The translations under genes and the position numbers were made by a program. A stretch of 64,000 nt of DNA. Source: Chloroflexota bacterium. Lineage in GTDB: Bacteria > Chloroflexota > UBA11872 > VXOZ01. Under the pieces are notes generated by a model, which was given only the letters and a program-made list of their open reading frames with translations, was not told where the DNA came from and did not search any database. This document shows positions 10,163-20,698 of this stretch, one piece after another; the stretch's first letter is position 1; each line of letters starts with the position of its first letter. The DNA lies in contig OZ244922.1 of assembly GCA_965221905.1 (NCBI GenBank), positions 160,001-224,000 on the forward strand. Direction: 5' to 3'.

Positions 10163-11743
10163 GTGGGTGAGTGGCGAGCTACAGCTCTTCCTGGAATGAT
10201 TGTTGCTGCAAGTATGAGACCCTCTCAAATGCCTGTTGACCCATCGAAAGAGGATGCGAAGAAGAAAGTCGCAGACTTCGCTGCAAACCTTGAGAGAAGG
10301 CTCAAGAACCTCCGTCCAAGGGATTACCTACCCTTTGCCGCGGCAACTCTTAGGAAAGTATTGGAGAGGCAGGAGATTTGGGACACTTATCCCCCGCACT
10401 TCATCCTTCACTCAATGGAGGCGAATTGTGCGTTCAATCGCAGAGGGCTTCATGCAAAAGTTGGGCGTCGAATATTCGACAAGGTTATGAAGCTTTATAC
10501 GAGCTACGACCCTCCCGCTGACCTACACGCCCTAGAGAAAAATACCGATGTGGAAACTGACCTATTCATGCTGGCCAAGGCTAGACAACAGTTCCCAATT
10601 CAGAGTACTTGGGGAACAAATGACCTTGCTGCTGGAATCATGATATTCCAGGAGAAACACTTCCCCAACGTACATCGTCTCTTCCAAAGTAAATTCGGCA
10701 TAGGATTCGCCGAGTGGATAAGGCTTTGTTTCATCGTGTTCACCGCTAGCAAACAAAACGACGTAGTTCTCGCTGAGCGTGTTGTACAAGCAATTAGGGA
10801 AATGGTTTCGGACCGTGTATGTGAGGCAGGATTCGACCTACTCTCACTCACAATAGATGAGCTGCGGCTCAATTACACTAGATCACGCTGTGAGCTACCC
10901 TCAATCCTACTGGAGTATCAACTCCAACCTATGTTTGCAGAAAAACCACTTGTACATCTTGATGAAGATACCTACTTAGTCTCTCACCCTGAGTTTCTGG
11001 TCTTTCGCGGTGGCGAAGGGATATATGACTTGTGCCACGAGCACTTCGAAGATGAGTTTGGCTCAGAGATGGGGGATGCCTTTGAAGACTACGTTGGCAA
11101 ACTCTTAGCCGAAGCTCCCGGCGACAAGACCCTGATGACGGAAGCGGAATTGAGCCAAGTCATACAGGGGAAGATATGTGACTATCTCTTGGCGATGAAG
11201 GACCTTGTTCTCTTGATTGAATGCAAGGCCACTTCCTACTCTTCCAAGTATGTTACTGACTGTGCAGTTAAAAACGATAACTCGACAACCAAGATCGTTG
11301 ATGGCATGCACCAATTGTCTAATGTCGCACAACAACTAGAGTGTCCAGAATTGAAAACCCACATTGGCGAAATTGGGGACCGAATGGTCATCGGCCTTGT
11401 CGTTACCTTCAAGCATATCTGGTTTACCCATAGCATGCTTTACCGTTCGATTATTGATTCTCGGGTCGATTTGGCCAAGGAATTCACTTCACGTCCTCAG
11501 GCATTTCACATTCGAGCGCTCCAATTGCTCATTCTAAACGCCTGCGGAGGGGGAAGGCTCTCTTCTTTGTTCCGGCGAATGCTGGACTCAGAAGTACATT
11601 ATCCTTACGACTGGGACAACTACCTCCTCGATGTCAATCGCGAGCAGCAAGAGAGGGGATTGAAGCCAAGTATCCCTCTGTTGGAGACTGCGTGGGAACG
11701 CTTTGTACAAGATGCAATTCAAGTACATACCGACTTAGGATAG
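10163..11743 (+). CDS. hypothetical protein with C-terminal PD-(D/E)XK/NERD-like nuclease motif
   Basis: GDAFEDYV...ICDYLL...LLIECKA; visibly AT-richer than flanks; exact start uncertain. Confidence 0.6.
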   Translation: MGEWRATALPGMIVAASMRPSQMPVDPSKEDAKKKVADFAANLERRLKNLRPRDYLPFAAATLRKVLERQEIWDTYPPHFILHSMEANCAFNRRGLHAKVGRRIFDKVMKLYTSYDPPADLHALEKNTDVETDLFMLAKARQQFPIQSTWGTNDLAAGIMIFQEKHFPNVHRLFQSKFGIGFAEWIRLCFIVFTASKQNDVVLAERVVQAIREMVSDRVCEAGFDLLSLTIDELRLNYTRSRCELPSILLEYQLQPMFAEKPLVHLDEDTYLVSHPEFLVFRGGEGIYDLCHEHFEDEFGSEMGDAFEDYVGKLLAEAPGDKTLMTEAELSQVIQGKICDYLLAMKDLVLLIECKATSYSSKYVTDCAVKNDNSTTKIVDGMHQLSNVAQQLECPELKTHIGEIGDRMVIGLVVTFKHIWFTHSMLYRSIIDSRVDLAKEFTSRPQAFHIRALQLLILNACGGGRLSSLFRRMLDSEVHYPYDWDNYLLDVNREQQERGLKPSIPLLETAWERFVQDAIQVHTDLG

Positions 11744-11779
11744 TGCTCTCCGAAATTTTGCATCTGACCAGACGATTCC

Positions 11780-13192
11780 TCATTCGTGAGGTTTCGCCGG
11801 TTGGCGCTCCGCAAAATCCCGCGCCAGTCTTGCCGCCTTCTCTCTATCGTCCTCCCCCAGTTCGCCGTCTATAACAAGCTCAAGCAGGTGGTCCTTGATC
11901 GGCTTGATCCAGGGGCCTGGGCCGCGGTCGAACATGGTCATCAGGTCGTTGCCGTCGAGCGGGCTTTGCAGCTTGGCCACGTCCTCTTGCGCTTGGAGTG
12001 CGCGGCAGCGGGCCTCCAGATGATTCACGCGGGCCACACCCGCCTCCACGCGGGAACGGCGGTAGCTAGTAATGTCGGCGCGAGAGAGGGCAAAGAGATC
12101 GTCCGTAATTCCCTCGGTCTCGCGCAGGAAGCGGCGCACCGCGCCGTCAGTCCAGTCCGGCGTGTAGAGATTAGGGCGCAGGTGCTCGGCCACTAAACGC
12201 TGAATCTGCTCCATGCTCTCCCGGTCGAACCGCAAGCGCCGCAGAATGCGCCGCGCCATGCGCGCGCCCACGGTCTCGTGACGGAAGAAGTGCACCTTGC
12301 CGTCCTGCTCCGTCTTCGTTTTCGGCTTCCCAATGTCGTGGAGCAGCGCCGCCCAGCGCAGCACCGGCGTAGCGGTCACGTTCTCCACCACCTTGAGCGT
12401 GTGGCCGAATACATCCTTGTGCCGCCGGTCATCCTGGCTGGTGCCGCGCAACGGCAGGAGCTCTGGGAGGAAATGCGCCGCCAACCCGGTATCGCAGAGA
12501 ATTTCTAGACTCTCCATCGGCCGGTCGGCCAGCAACAAGCGGGTCATCTCGGCAGCGATGCGTTCCTCGCTCACGTGCTCTAGTGCGCTCGCCTGCTGTT
12601 GCAGCGCTTCATGCGTGGCCAGATCGATGCGAAAACCAAGCTCAGCCGCAAACCGCACGGCGCGCAACATGCGCAGCGGGTCTTCGCGAAAGCGCTCCAC
12701 AGGATCGCCCACGGCGCGGATGAGACCCTTCTGCAAGTCTTGCAGCCCATGAAAGGGATCGAGTACACCGCCTGTAGACGGCTCTTGCGCGATAGCGTTG
12801 ATCGTGAAGTCGCGGCGCGACAGGTCGTCTTCTAAGTTCGTACCGAAAGTAACCGCGGGCTTGCGGTTGGCGAAGGCATACTGCTCGCTGCGGTAGGTCG
12901 TAATTTCCACTACCCAGTCGCCAAAGATGGCGCCTATTGTGCCGAATTTCTCCCCCACGTCATAGCGAGAATCCGGATTTGCTTGCGCCAGTAAGCGTTT
13001 GATGACCGGTGGGTGGGCATCGGTAGCCAGGTCCAGGTCGTGGGTCGGGCGGTGGAGGAGCGCATCGCGGACCGAGCCCCCCACGAGGTACAGCTCGTAA
13101 CCCGCCTCCGCGAAATGCGACGCCAAGGCTCGCAAAGTCGGCGCTGCTACGAGATTTTCCACGACGCTGGTACCGCGCACAGCCACTCCCAC
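11780..13192 (-). CDS. cca: CCA tRNA nucleotidyltransferase with HD domain
   Basis: LVGGSVRD, DLDLATD, RRDFTINA, EDPLRMLRAVRF, LLHDIGKP. Confidence 0.9.
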   Translation of the reverse strand: MGVAVRGTSVVENLVAAPTLRALASHFAEAGYELYLVGGSVRDALLHRPTHDLDLATDAHPPVIKRLLAQANPDSRYDVGEKFGTIGAIFGDWVVEITTYRSEQYAFANRKPAVTFGTNLEDDLSRRDFTINAIAQEPSTGGVLDPFHGLQDLQKGLIRAVGDPVERFREDPLRMLRAVRFAAELGFRIDLATHEALQQQASALEHVSEERIAAEMTRLLLADRPMESLEILCDTGLAAHFLPELLPLRGTSQDDRRHKDVFGHTLKVVENVTATPVLRWAALLHDIGKPKTKTEQDGKVHFFRHETVGARMARRILRRLRFDRESMEQIQRLVAEHLRPNLYTPDWTDGAVRRFLRETEGITDDLFALSRADITSYRRSRVEAGVARVNHLEARCRALQAQEDVAKLQSPLDGNDLMTMFDRGPGPWIKPIKDHLLELVIDGELGEDDREKAARLARDFAERQPAKPHE

Positions 13193-13678
13193 ATTCTTGC
13201 TTATCTTCTGCTTCGTGTTCTTTCACGCCGGACGGCATCCCGCCCGCAGGCGACTAGACTAGCAGTCCCACCATCTTGGCCGCTTGCCGAGGCAACCAAC
13301 GGCTGCGCGGAAGACGGGTTCGCGGGTACGATACGGGGTGCCGTTGCTATTCCGTCCGGCCTCTTCTCGCGCCGGCCCACGCACTGCAGGGAGACGCTAC
13401 ACAATCCCATGATAGCACGGTGAAAGGTGATTTCGGCTGCAGGTCGCATGGAGGCGAGCCCTGGGTTGCGTATGGTGTACCGGTCTGTACAATGGGAGTC
13501 GTTGCGTTGCGGGCTTTGCGGCAAGGTTTGCAGTGACTGGAGTGTATCGGTTCCCAGCCGGCGCAGGCACATTCGTCCGGCGGAGCCTGCCGGCACGACC
13601 GGGATTGGGCGCGGTCACACTCCTGAAATTTCTGAATCATTGCCTCCACGCCACCATCAAGAGCTAAGGCTGTAAGCG

Positions 13679-15691
13679 ATGCCACGTGATTTGCCGGTGG
13701 GCAACGGTCGTCTGCTTGTTTGCTTCGACAGCGACTACCGCATCAGAGACGTCTACTACCCCCACGTCGGGCAAGAGGACCACGCACAGGGTCAGCCTTT
13801 CCAATTCGGCGTCTGGGTGGATGGACACTTCGCCTGGATCCACGACCGGTCGTGGCAAAAGTCGCTGCGCTACAAGGACGACACGCTTGTCACCCACGTC
13901 ACGGCGCAGAATGACCGCCTCCAATTGCACCTTACGCTCAACGATGCGGTTGACTATAGCCACAACGTCTTCCTGCGTCGTATTGTCGTGGAAAACCAGA
14001 CAGACACTGAGCGAGAGGTGCGCCTCTTCTTCCACCACAACTTCTCACTGGGCGGTATCAGCATTGGGGACACGGCCTATTACGATCCCCGGCACCGAGC
14101 GCTCATTCACTACAAGGGCAAGACCTACTTCTGGATGAACGTTATGAGCGGCCCTGAGATTGGGCTGGATTCGTATGCCACGGGCACGAAGAACGTCGGC
14201 GGGCTGGAAGGCACCTGGCGCGATGCCGAAGACGGCCGGCTGGAAGGGAATCCGATCGCGCAAGGCTCCGTGGACAGCACCGGTTCCGTCAGCGTCACGA
14301 TTGCCGGCGGCGAAACCGCTACTGTGTACTACTGGATGGCTGTCGGTTCTGACGCCATGGAAGTGGAAGGCATAGAGCGCCATATTCGCAAGGTCGGCCC
14401 CGCAGCGGTGCTTTACCGCATTCAGGAGTACTGGCGGCATTGGGTACGGAAAGAGGGATTCTCCTTAGCCGACCTGCCAAAGGAGATAGGCGCCCTCTTC
14501 AATCGGAGTCTGCTTACCATCCAGACCCAAACCGACCATGAGGGAGCGATCTTAGCGGCCAACGACAATGATATTGCCCAGTTCGGCCGCGACACCTACT
14601 CCTACATGTGGCCGCGCGACGGGGCACTGGTCGCGTACGCGCTGAGCAGCGCCGGCTACGGTGAGATTTCACGCCGCTTCTTTAATTTCTGTTTGCGCAC
14701 GATCACGCCCCAGGGTTACATGATGCACAAGTACAACCCTGACGGTTCGGTCGGTTCTTCGTGGCATCCCTGGGCCGCGCCGGACGGTTCCCGCCAACAC
14801 CCGATTCAAGAGGACGAGACCGCCCTCGTCATCTGGGCCTTGTGGCAGCACTTTGAAAAATACTGGGACGTAGAGTTCATGAAGCCCTTCTACGCCTCTT
14901 TCATAAAGCCCGCGGCCCAGTTCATGAGCCTCTACCGCGACCTCACCACCGGCTTGCCGGTGCCCTCTTACGACCTGTGGGAGGAGCGGCACGGCGTGCA
15001 TGCCCACACGGTGGCAACCGTGTACGGCGGCCTGCAGGCCGCGGCCAACTTCACGGAAGCCTTTGGGGAGAAAACCTATACCGACAGTTACCGCCGCACA
15101 GCGGCAGAACTCAAGCAAGCCGCCCTCACGCATATGATCAACCCGGATACCGGGCTGTTCTCGCGCATGGTCACCCCTCTCCCCGACGGTACAGTGCGGC
15201 ACGACCCTACTATCGATAGCGCCACGTACGCCCTCTGGTACTTCGGTATGCTAGAGCCCGATGATCCGCTGGTGATTAAGATGATGGAGACCGTGCGGGA
15301 GCGGCTCTGGGTGAAGACCGATGTTGGCGGGATCGCCCGCTATGAAAACGATTACTACCACCAGATAAGCAATAACATCGCCGTTGTTCCGGGTAACCCG
15401 TGGTTCATTTGCACGCTTTGGCTGGCAGAATGGTACATTGCCAAAGCTACGTCTCTTGAAGACCTGCAACCGGCCAAGGATATCTTACTTTGGGTGGAGC
15501 AACGTCGCCTGGAGAGCGGTTGTCTCGCAGAGCAGGTTCACCCCTTCACCAACGCGCCCTTGAGCGTCTCTCCGCTCACGTGGAGCCACGCTACAGTTGT
15601 AATGACCGTCAATGCGTATGTCGCCAAGTATCACCAGCTCCAGCAAGCAGAAAACGCCGAAATCCCCACTCCCGCCCCAATCCATCACTAG
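13679..15691 (+). CDS. glycoside hydrolase family 15 (glucoamylase-like)
   Basis: YSYMWPRDG, QEDET, DLWEE, LAEQV...PLTWSHA. Confidence 0.92.
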   Translation: MPRDLPVGNGRLLVCFDSDYRIRDVYYPHVGQEDHAQGQPFQFGVWVDGHFAWIHDRSWQKSLRYKDDTLVTHVTAQNDRLQLHLTLNDAVDYSHNVFLRRIVVENQTDTEREVRLFFHHNFSLGGISIGDTAYYDPRHRALIHYKGKTYFWMNVMSGPEIGLDSYATGTKNVGGLEGTWRDAEDGRLEGNPIAQGSVDSTGSVSVTIAGGETATVYYWMAVGSDAMEVEGIERHIRKVGPAAVLYRIQEYWRHWVRKEGFSLADLPKEIGALFNRSLLTIQTQTDHEGAILAANDNDIAQFGRDTYSYMWPRDGALVAYALSSAGYGEISRRFFNFCLRTITPQGYMMHKYNPDGSVGSSWHPWAAPDGSRQHPIQEDETALVIWALWQHFEKYWDVEFMKPFYASFIKPAAQFMSLYRDLTTGLPVPSYDLWEERHGVHAHTVATVYGGLQAAANFTEAFGEKTYTDSYRRTAAELKQAALTHMINPDTGLFSRMVTPLPDGTVRHDPTIDSATYALWYFGMLEPDDPLVIKMMETVRERLWVKTDVGGIARYENDYYHQISNNIAVVPGNPWFICTLWLAEWYIAKATSLEDLQPAKDILLWVEQRRLESGCLAEQVHPFTNAPLSVSPLTWSHATVVMTVNAYVAKYHQLQQAENAEIPTPAPIHH

Positions 15692-15779
15692 CCTCTACCC
15701 CCTCCCCCAGGTGCTCTGCCTCAACATAAACTTTCCGTTCGTGTCCTTCCTTGCCGTCTCACTCGGAGGTAGCGCCATA

Positions 15780-16160
15780 TGTGGATAACTATGACTTTTC
15801 CCGTGGATAAAATACCCGAAATGGGGATATCCTAGGCCTAGAGCGGAAAATTCGCCTTTTTTTCAACTTGACCGAATATCTAAATGCGGAACCAAAATGA
15901 CTGCCTTCTAGGGAAAACCGCGGACGTTAACGGGGAGGGAGGTATGATTTGACTGACTTTTCCCCACTCCACTTCATCAACGCTACATACCCCCCGACTT
16001 GCTCTCTGTTTGCGCCGTTTTGCGGTATTCCATCCAGAGAGATATCCTCACACCAAAGGCGCACGGGTGCTGGGGAATCAATACTTTTCCCAAATACTCA
16101 CAGCCCTTATTAAGATGAAGATGAGACTTAGAGACTTAAAGTCAGCTTCTATTTAACAGA
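15780..16160. other. candidate chromosomal replication origin (oriC)
   Basis: Perfect DnaA box TGTGGATAA 15780-15788, degenerate boxes at 15802, 15822, 15958, 16042, 16094, then GCCCT and NAN trios 16108-16125, in an ORF-free gap. Confidence 0.65.
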
Positions 16161-16405
16161 GTGGTCGTGTAGCCGTTACAATGCGTAACTGTAGCGCGTT
16201 TGCCGTTGGACGATAGCCGTTGCTCCCAAGAGCCAACTGCTTTGAGCTATCGCCCAGCTGAGTTCAGGCCCCCATTGGTGCAGGCTTCGAAAGGTGTCCC
16301 CTTCCGGTAGCCGGAGATTGTCTGGTTTAGCCTGCGACCGTCATCTTAAAGTAAGAGAAAAGGGCCGGGGCCGGTGGTACCTGAGCTCACTTAAGGAAAT
16401 CCAGC

Positions 16406-17524
16406 ATGGATAGTGACATCACGAGTACGCGAGAAGGTAACCGCGTCAAGCTAGAGCTTAGCGATGGCGGGGAAGCCGTAGCGCGGTTGACGATCGTGGA
16501 CTGCGAGATGCGTCTGGTGAAAACCTGGTTGCGCATGGGAGGGTTGGCTAGTGTTAGAACTAACCCGGTGCACCGCGGCAAAGGCTACGGGCGTCGCCTC
16601 TTGCTGGGGACCCTAGACTACATGCGTGAGGAGGGATACATTGTTTCTACCCTCTTTGGGATCCCAGATTTCTACAGTAACTTTGGGTATGCCACGGTGC
16701 TGCCGAGGAAGAGTGTCGTTAGCGTTAGAACAGGGGCGGCGGAATTGTTGCCGGGGGCGGTGGCGGTGCGTGAAGCTGAGCCAGCGGATTTGACGGCGTT
16801 GCTGGATATCTATCACGAGGCGAACGCAGAGCGCAACGGTCCTCTGAAGCGCAGCAAATCTTCATTCTCGCGATGGCCGGATAAAGCGGATGATTGGTTT
16901 CAAGAGCCACGGCGCATCCTAGTGGCGGAGGAAAATGGAGTGCCGGTCGCGTATGTTGTGGGCGAGCAAGGGTGGCAGGCGGAATCTAAATGGGGAGTGC
17001 AACAGCATGAGATTGCTGTTGCACGCGCCGGCGCTGCCAGAGCAGCATCCAGTCTGATCCGGGCGCTTGCGCAAGAAGCTGCACAGCAACGCTGTGAGTG
17101 GCTGAAATTCGAGATGTTGCCGGATTCGCTGTTGGCGCCGGCGCTGCGGCAAGTGGGCTATAGCCACGAAATCGAATACTCACACGACCAAGGCGGCATG
17201 GGCCGCATCATCGACCTTGCCGGTCTTGCGAAGGCGCTCACTGAAACGTTAGTGACGCGGAATTTGGCGCTGCACGAGAGCTTGCGCCTCGGTAAGCTCA
17301 TGTTTCTCTGCGAGGACGAGCAAGCGGCAGTGGTGCTCGGAGTCGGTCGCACGGTCGCCATAGCCCTGCCCCAACACGCTCTGCTGCAGCTCTTGATGGG
17401 CTACCGTGGAATCCATGAACTGCGCTTGGAGCACCCAACGTGTGTTGAGCAGCAGGATGTCGCCCCAGTAGATGCCCTGTTTCCACAAGGCTACCCGTAC
17501 ATGTGGAACAACGACCACTTCTAG
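16406..17524 (+). CDS. GNAT acetyltransferase, Eis-like
   Basis: GGLASVRTNPVHRGKGYGRRLL, LFGIPDFYSNFGY; tandem GNAT layout. Confidence 0.85.
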   Translation: MDSDITSTREGNRVKLELSDGGEAVARLTIVDCEMRLVKTWLRMGGLASVRTNPVHRGKGYGRRLLLGTLDYMREEGYIVSTLFGIPDFYSNFGYATVLPRKSVVSVRTGAAELLPGAVAVREAEPADLTALLDIYHEANAERNGPLKRSKSSFSRWPDKADDWFQEPRRILVAEENGVPVAYVVGEQGWQAESKWGVQQHEIAVARAGAARAASSLIRALAQEAAQQRCEWLKFEMLPDSLLAPALRQVGYSHEIEYSHDQGGMGRIIDLAGLAKALTETLVTRNLALHESLRLGKLMFLCEDEQAAVVLGVGRTVAIALPQHALLQLLMGYRGIHELRLEHPTCVEQQDVAPVDALFPQGYPYMWNNDHF

Positions 17525-17531
17525 GCTGCTA

Positions 17532-18185
17532 ATGGACATCGGCGGAGTCATTTTCGACGTAGACGGCCTCATGGCGGATAGCGAGCCACTGCACCGCGCG
17601 GCTTGGCACGAGCTTGGCCGCCAGTGCGATTTTCCTACGTATCCCACCGATGCGGCGGAGAGCCTGGGCCAGCGCGTGATCGAAAATCTTCGTATGCGAC
17701 ACGCGCAAGGGCGATTCACCCAAGAACCACGGGAGATGCTTGACCATTACCATGCGATTCTCATAGAGCTCATCAGGCTTCGCTTGCGGCCGAAGCCAGG
17801 ATTGCGGGAAGCGCTGAATTTTGTGCGCGAGCAGGAGTGGCGGTGCGGCACGGCCTCATCCGGCGATAGAGTCTATATTGACGTAGTGCTTGAGGTGCTT
17901 GGGATACACTCCTGTTTTCAGGCTGTGGCAACCGGCGAAGAGGTGGTTGAGGGCAAGCCCCATCCGGCGCTCTATCTGCTGGCAGCAGAACGGCTCGGCG
18001 TGCCGCCGGCAGAGTGTGTCGCTTTGGAAGATAGCCCCCGTGGGGTCAGAGCCGCGAAAGCTGCGGGGATGCGCTGCATTGCGGTGCCTGAGGGGCCTGC
18101 GGACGTGGCTGAGGCTGACGCAGTTTGCGAGTCGCTGCTCACGACGGTAGACGTGATGCGCCTGTGGGGTGCACGGCAGGAATGA
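17532..18185 (+). CDS. HAD family phosphatase (beta-PGM/CbbY-like)
   Basis: IFDVDGLMADSE, GKPHPALY, ALEDSPRGV. Confidence 0.9.
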   Translation: MDIGGVIFDVDGLMADSEPLHRAAWHELGRQCDFPTYPTDAAESLGQRVIENLRMRHAQGRFTQEPREMLDHYHAILIELIRLRLRPKPGLREALNFVREQEWRCGTASSGDRVYIDVVLEVLGIHSCFQAVATGEEVVEGKPHPALYLLAAERLGVPPAECVALEDSPRGVRAAKAAGMRCIAVPEGPADVAEADAVCESLLTTVDVMRLWGARQE

Positions 18186-18260
18186 ACAAGACGTACAGCG
18201 ATGCCGTTAGTGAAGGTGTGTAGAAGCTATCTCATAAATCGGTTCGATAGCAGATTTGTG

Positions 18261-18338
18261 CTTTGACAAGGGCTTCGCGCAGCACTCAGCACGAACGGAT
18301 TCTCGCCTTTTCCGTTCGCCCTGAGCCTGTCGAAGGGC
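18261..18338. repeat. REP-like inverted pair (ctcagcacgaacgg / ccgttcgccctgagcctgtcgaag family)
   Basis: Same family recurs at 19307, 20699, 22379, 44139, 49076 and 57353-59230. Confidence 0.8.
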
Positions 18339-18481
18339 AGGTCTACACAGAGCGATGTATTTGTGAGACAAGCTCTAGTGTAGCCTCTTGGTGCACGGGT
18401 TCTGCTACACTGCTTCTAAAGTAAAGGCAAGCCGAGCTTCTAGAAATGTTGGACTTTGCACCGGCGGGCAGGGAAGAGCTA

Positions 18482-19276
18482 ATGGACAGAGCAGCGTTAC
18501 CGAAAGAACCACGCCAATTGCGGGCGCGCATACGCGCCGGAGAGTGGCAGACCACCACGGAAGGGCTTGCGCCGGGGTTTGTGCAGGCGAATCTAGCAAT
18601 TGTGCCGAAAGACTTGGCATTTGACTTCCTCCTATTCTGCCAGCGCAACGCCCAGCCGTGTCCGGTGCTGGAGGTGCTGGAACCGGGGTCGCCCGAACCG
18701 CGCGAGACAGCCCCCGGCGCGGATATTCGAACGGACTTACCACGCTACCGGATCTATGAGAATGGCAGCTTGGTGGATGAAGTCACGGAGATCACTGGCC
18801 GCTGGCAGGATGATTTTGTCTCATTCCTGCTGGGCTGCAGCTTTAGTTTTGAATCAGCCATGCTGGCAGCCGGGATTCCCCTGCGTCACTTGCAGGAGGG
18901 GAACGACGTCCCGGTGTACGTAACGAATCGGGCTACAGCGGCTGCCGGAGCTTTTTCAGGTCCGCTCGTCGTCAGTATGCGCCCAATTCACCATACTCAA
19001 GTAGTGCGCGCAGTGCAGACGACCTCGCGCTTTCCCGGCGTCCACGGCGCGCCCGTGCATATCGGTGATCCGCTGGAGATAGGCATTTCGGACCTCGATA
19101 GCCCGCAGTGGGGGGCGCGCACCGAAGTGCAGGACGGGGAAGTGCCCGTCTTCTGGGCCTGCGGCGTTACACCGCAAGCAGTGGCATTGGCGAGCAAGCC
19201 GCCGCTGATGATCACCCACGCGGCGGGCCACATGTTCCTGACAGACCTGCAGGATGCGCATCTGGCAGTACTGTAG
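18482..19276 (+). CDS. D-glutamate cyclase-like putative hydro-lyase (DUF1445)
   Basis: GFVQANL, FCQRNAQPCP, DIRTDLPRY, GCSFSFE, VFWACGVTPQ, ITHAAGHMF. Confidence 0.88.
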   Translation: MDRAALPKEPRQLRARIRAGEWQTTTEGLAPGFVQANLAIVPKDLAFDFLLFCQRNAQPCPVLEVLEPGSPEPRETAPGADIRTDLPRYRIYENGSLVDEVTEITGRWQDDFVSFLLGCSFSFESAMLAAGIPLRHLQEGNDVPVYVTNRATAAAGAFSGPLVVSMRPIHHTQVVRAVQTTSRFPGVHGAPVHIGDPLEIGISDLDSPQWGARTEVQDGEVPVFWACGVTPQAVALASKPPLMITHAAGHMFLTDLQDAHLAVL

Positions 19277-19306
19277 GAAACACGGAGCCACCGGGCGCGG
19301 CCCCTT

Positions 19307-19339
19307 CCGTTCATACTTCGACAGGCTCAGCACGAACGG
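19307..19339. repeat. REP-like palindrome
   Basis: ccgttcatacttcgacaggctcagcacgaacgg. Confidence 0.8.
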
Positions 19340-19442
19340 AATGGGAAGCTCAGTTCCTGTGCAACTGGCGCGGTACGAGCGGAAAGGGAGGCTCCGTGCC
19401 AATGGAACAGGCTCAGCACGCACTTAATGGGCAAAGGTCTCT

Positions 19443-20654
19443 CTAATCGCTGGCTGAGACATGTCCTTCAACGAATGAGAGGATTCGCTCAGCACGCTGC
19501 TCCCACGTGTAGGCTTGCACCTCTTCTTGCGCTTGCGCGGCCAGGCGTGCCGCCAGCGCGGGCTCCGCCAATAGGTGTTGGATGCCCTGAGAAAGCGCGG
19601 CGGGATCATCGGGCGTCGTCAGCCAGGCGTTCTCGCCGTGACGCAACACCTCCCGCAACGAAGGCAGGTCCGAAGCCACAATGGGCCGACCGGCGGCCAT
19701 GTACTCGAAGAGCTTCAACGGCGAGGTGTGTTCGCGGGAGATCGCCGTCTGCGCCGTATTGGGCAACACGAGCACGTCGGCCGCCGCCTGATAGAGAGGC
19801 ACCCGTTCCGGCGCAACGTGGCCCGTGATGACCACATTATCAAGCCCTAGCTCACCCACCAGCGCCCGCGCCTCCGCCAGTTCACGGGGAGCGCCGCCGA
19901 CGAGGCAAAGCGCGGCCTCCGGCAGCGCCGCCATGGCCGCGATGAGCGTGTGCACGCCCTTCCAGCGATAGAGTTGTCCGGTGTAGCAAATGAGCGGACG
20001 TTCGGTCGGCAGCTCCAAGCGCAAGCGTGCTGTCCTCTTGTCCGGGAGCTGTCCGTAGCGGGCAAGGTCTACCCCGTCCGGCGCCGTAAGCACCTTTTCC
20101 GCCGGGACGCCGAGCTGCCGATAGTAGCGGCGGATTGACTCCGTGATGGTAACGATTCCGTCGAGGCGGGCTGCGAGCCGGCGTGCCAGGCGCCGCGACC
20201 ACGGCGTTTCCGGCGTGGTGTGGGCCTCATAGAACAGCCGCCAGCGACGCTGGGGGTCCGCCGCTCGCAGCAGAGCTAGCGCGAAGAGATCGCGCGAATA
20301 GCAGATGCCGGCGCGGTGCGAGCGCAACCGCTGCAGCGCTCGTATGAGAAACGTGCCGGTCTGCACGTAGTGACTGAGCTGCGCCAACGGCGTCTCGTTG
20401 AACCGGGGATGGTCTATCGTGGTCGCTTTGATATAGTCAACGCAAGGCACCGGCTGCATGGAGAAGGATGCAGGCACGCCGTAATAGGCGAATACGTCGC
20501 CGGTGGCGGCCCATGGCCCGTATGTCTGGCGTTGCGGATAGAAAAGGTCTACCTGCACGCTTTGGGATGCCAGCGCCGCGCACATCTGCATCACCTGGTA
20601 GGCGCTGGCGCGTTCGCTGGGAATGCGGGTGTTGGTGATGTAGAACAATCTCAT
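19443..20654 (-). CDS. glycosyltransferase family 4
   Basis: YTGQLYRWKGV, SPLKLFEYMAAGRPIVASD. Confidence 0.92.
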   Translation of the reverse strand: MRLFYITNTRIPSERASAYQVMQMCAALASQSVQVDLFYPQRQTYGPWAATGDVFAYYGVPASFSMQPVPCVDYIKATTIDHPRFNETPLAQLSHYVQTGTFLIRALQRLRSHRAGICYSRDLFALALLRAADPQRRWRLFYEAHTTPETPWSRRLARRLAARLDGIVTITESIRRYYRQLGVPAEKVLTAPDGVDLARYGQLPDKRTARLRLELPTERPLICYTGQLYRWKGVHTLIAAMAALPEAALCLVGGAPRELAEARALVGELGLDNVVITGHVAPERVPLYQAAADVLVLPNTAQTAISREHTSPLKLFEYMAAGRPIVASDLPSLREVLRHGENAWLTTPDDPAALSQGIQHLLAEPALAARLAAQAQEEVQAYTWEQRAERILSFVEGHVSASD

Positions 20655-20698
20655 GGGCGTAAACTTCGTTCAACAAGCAACGCGTCAGTGTAGCAATT

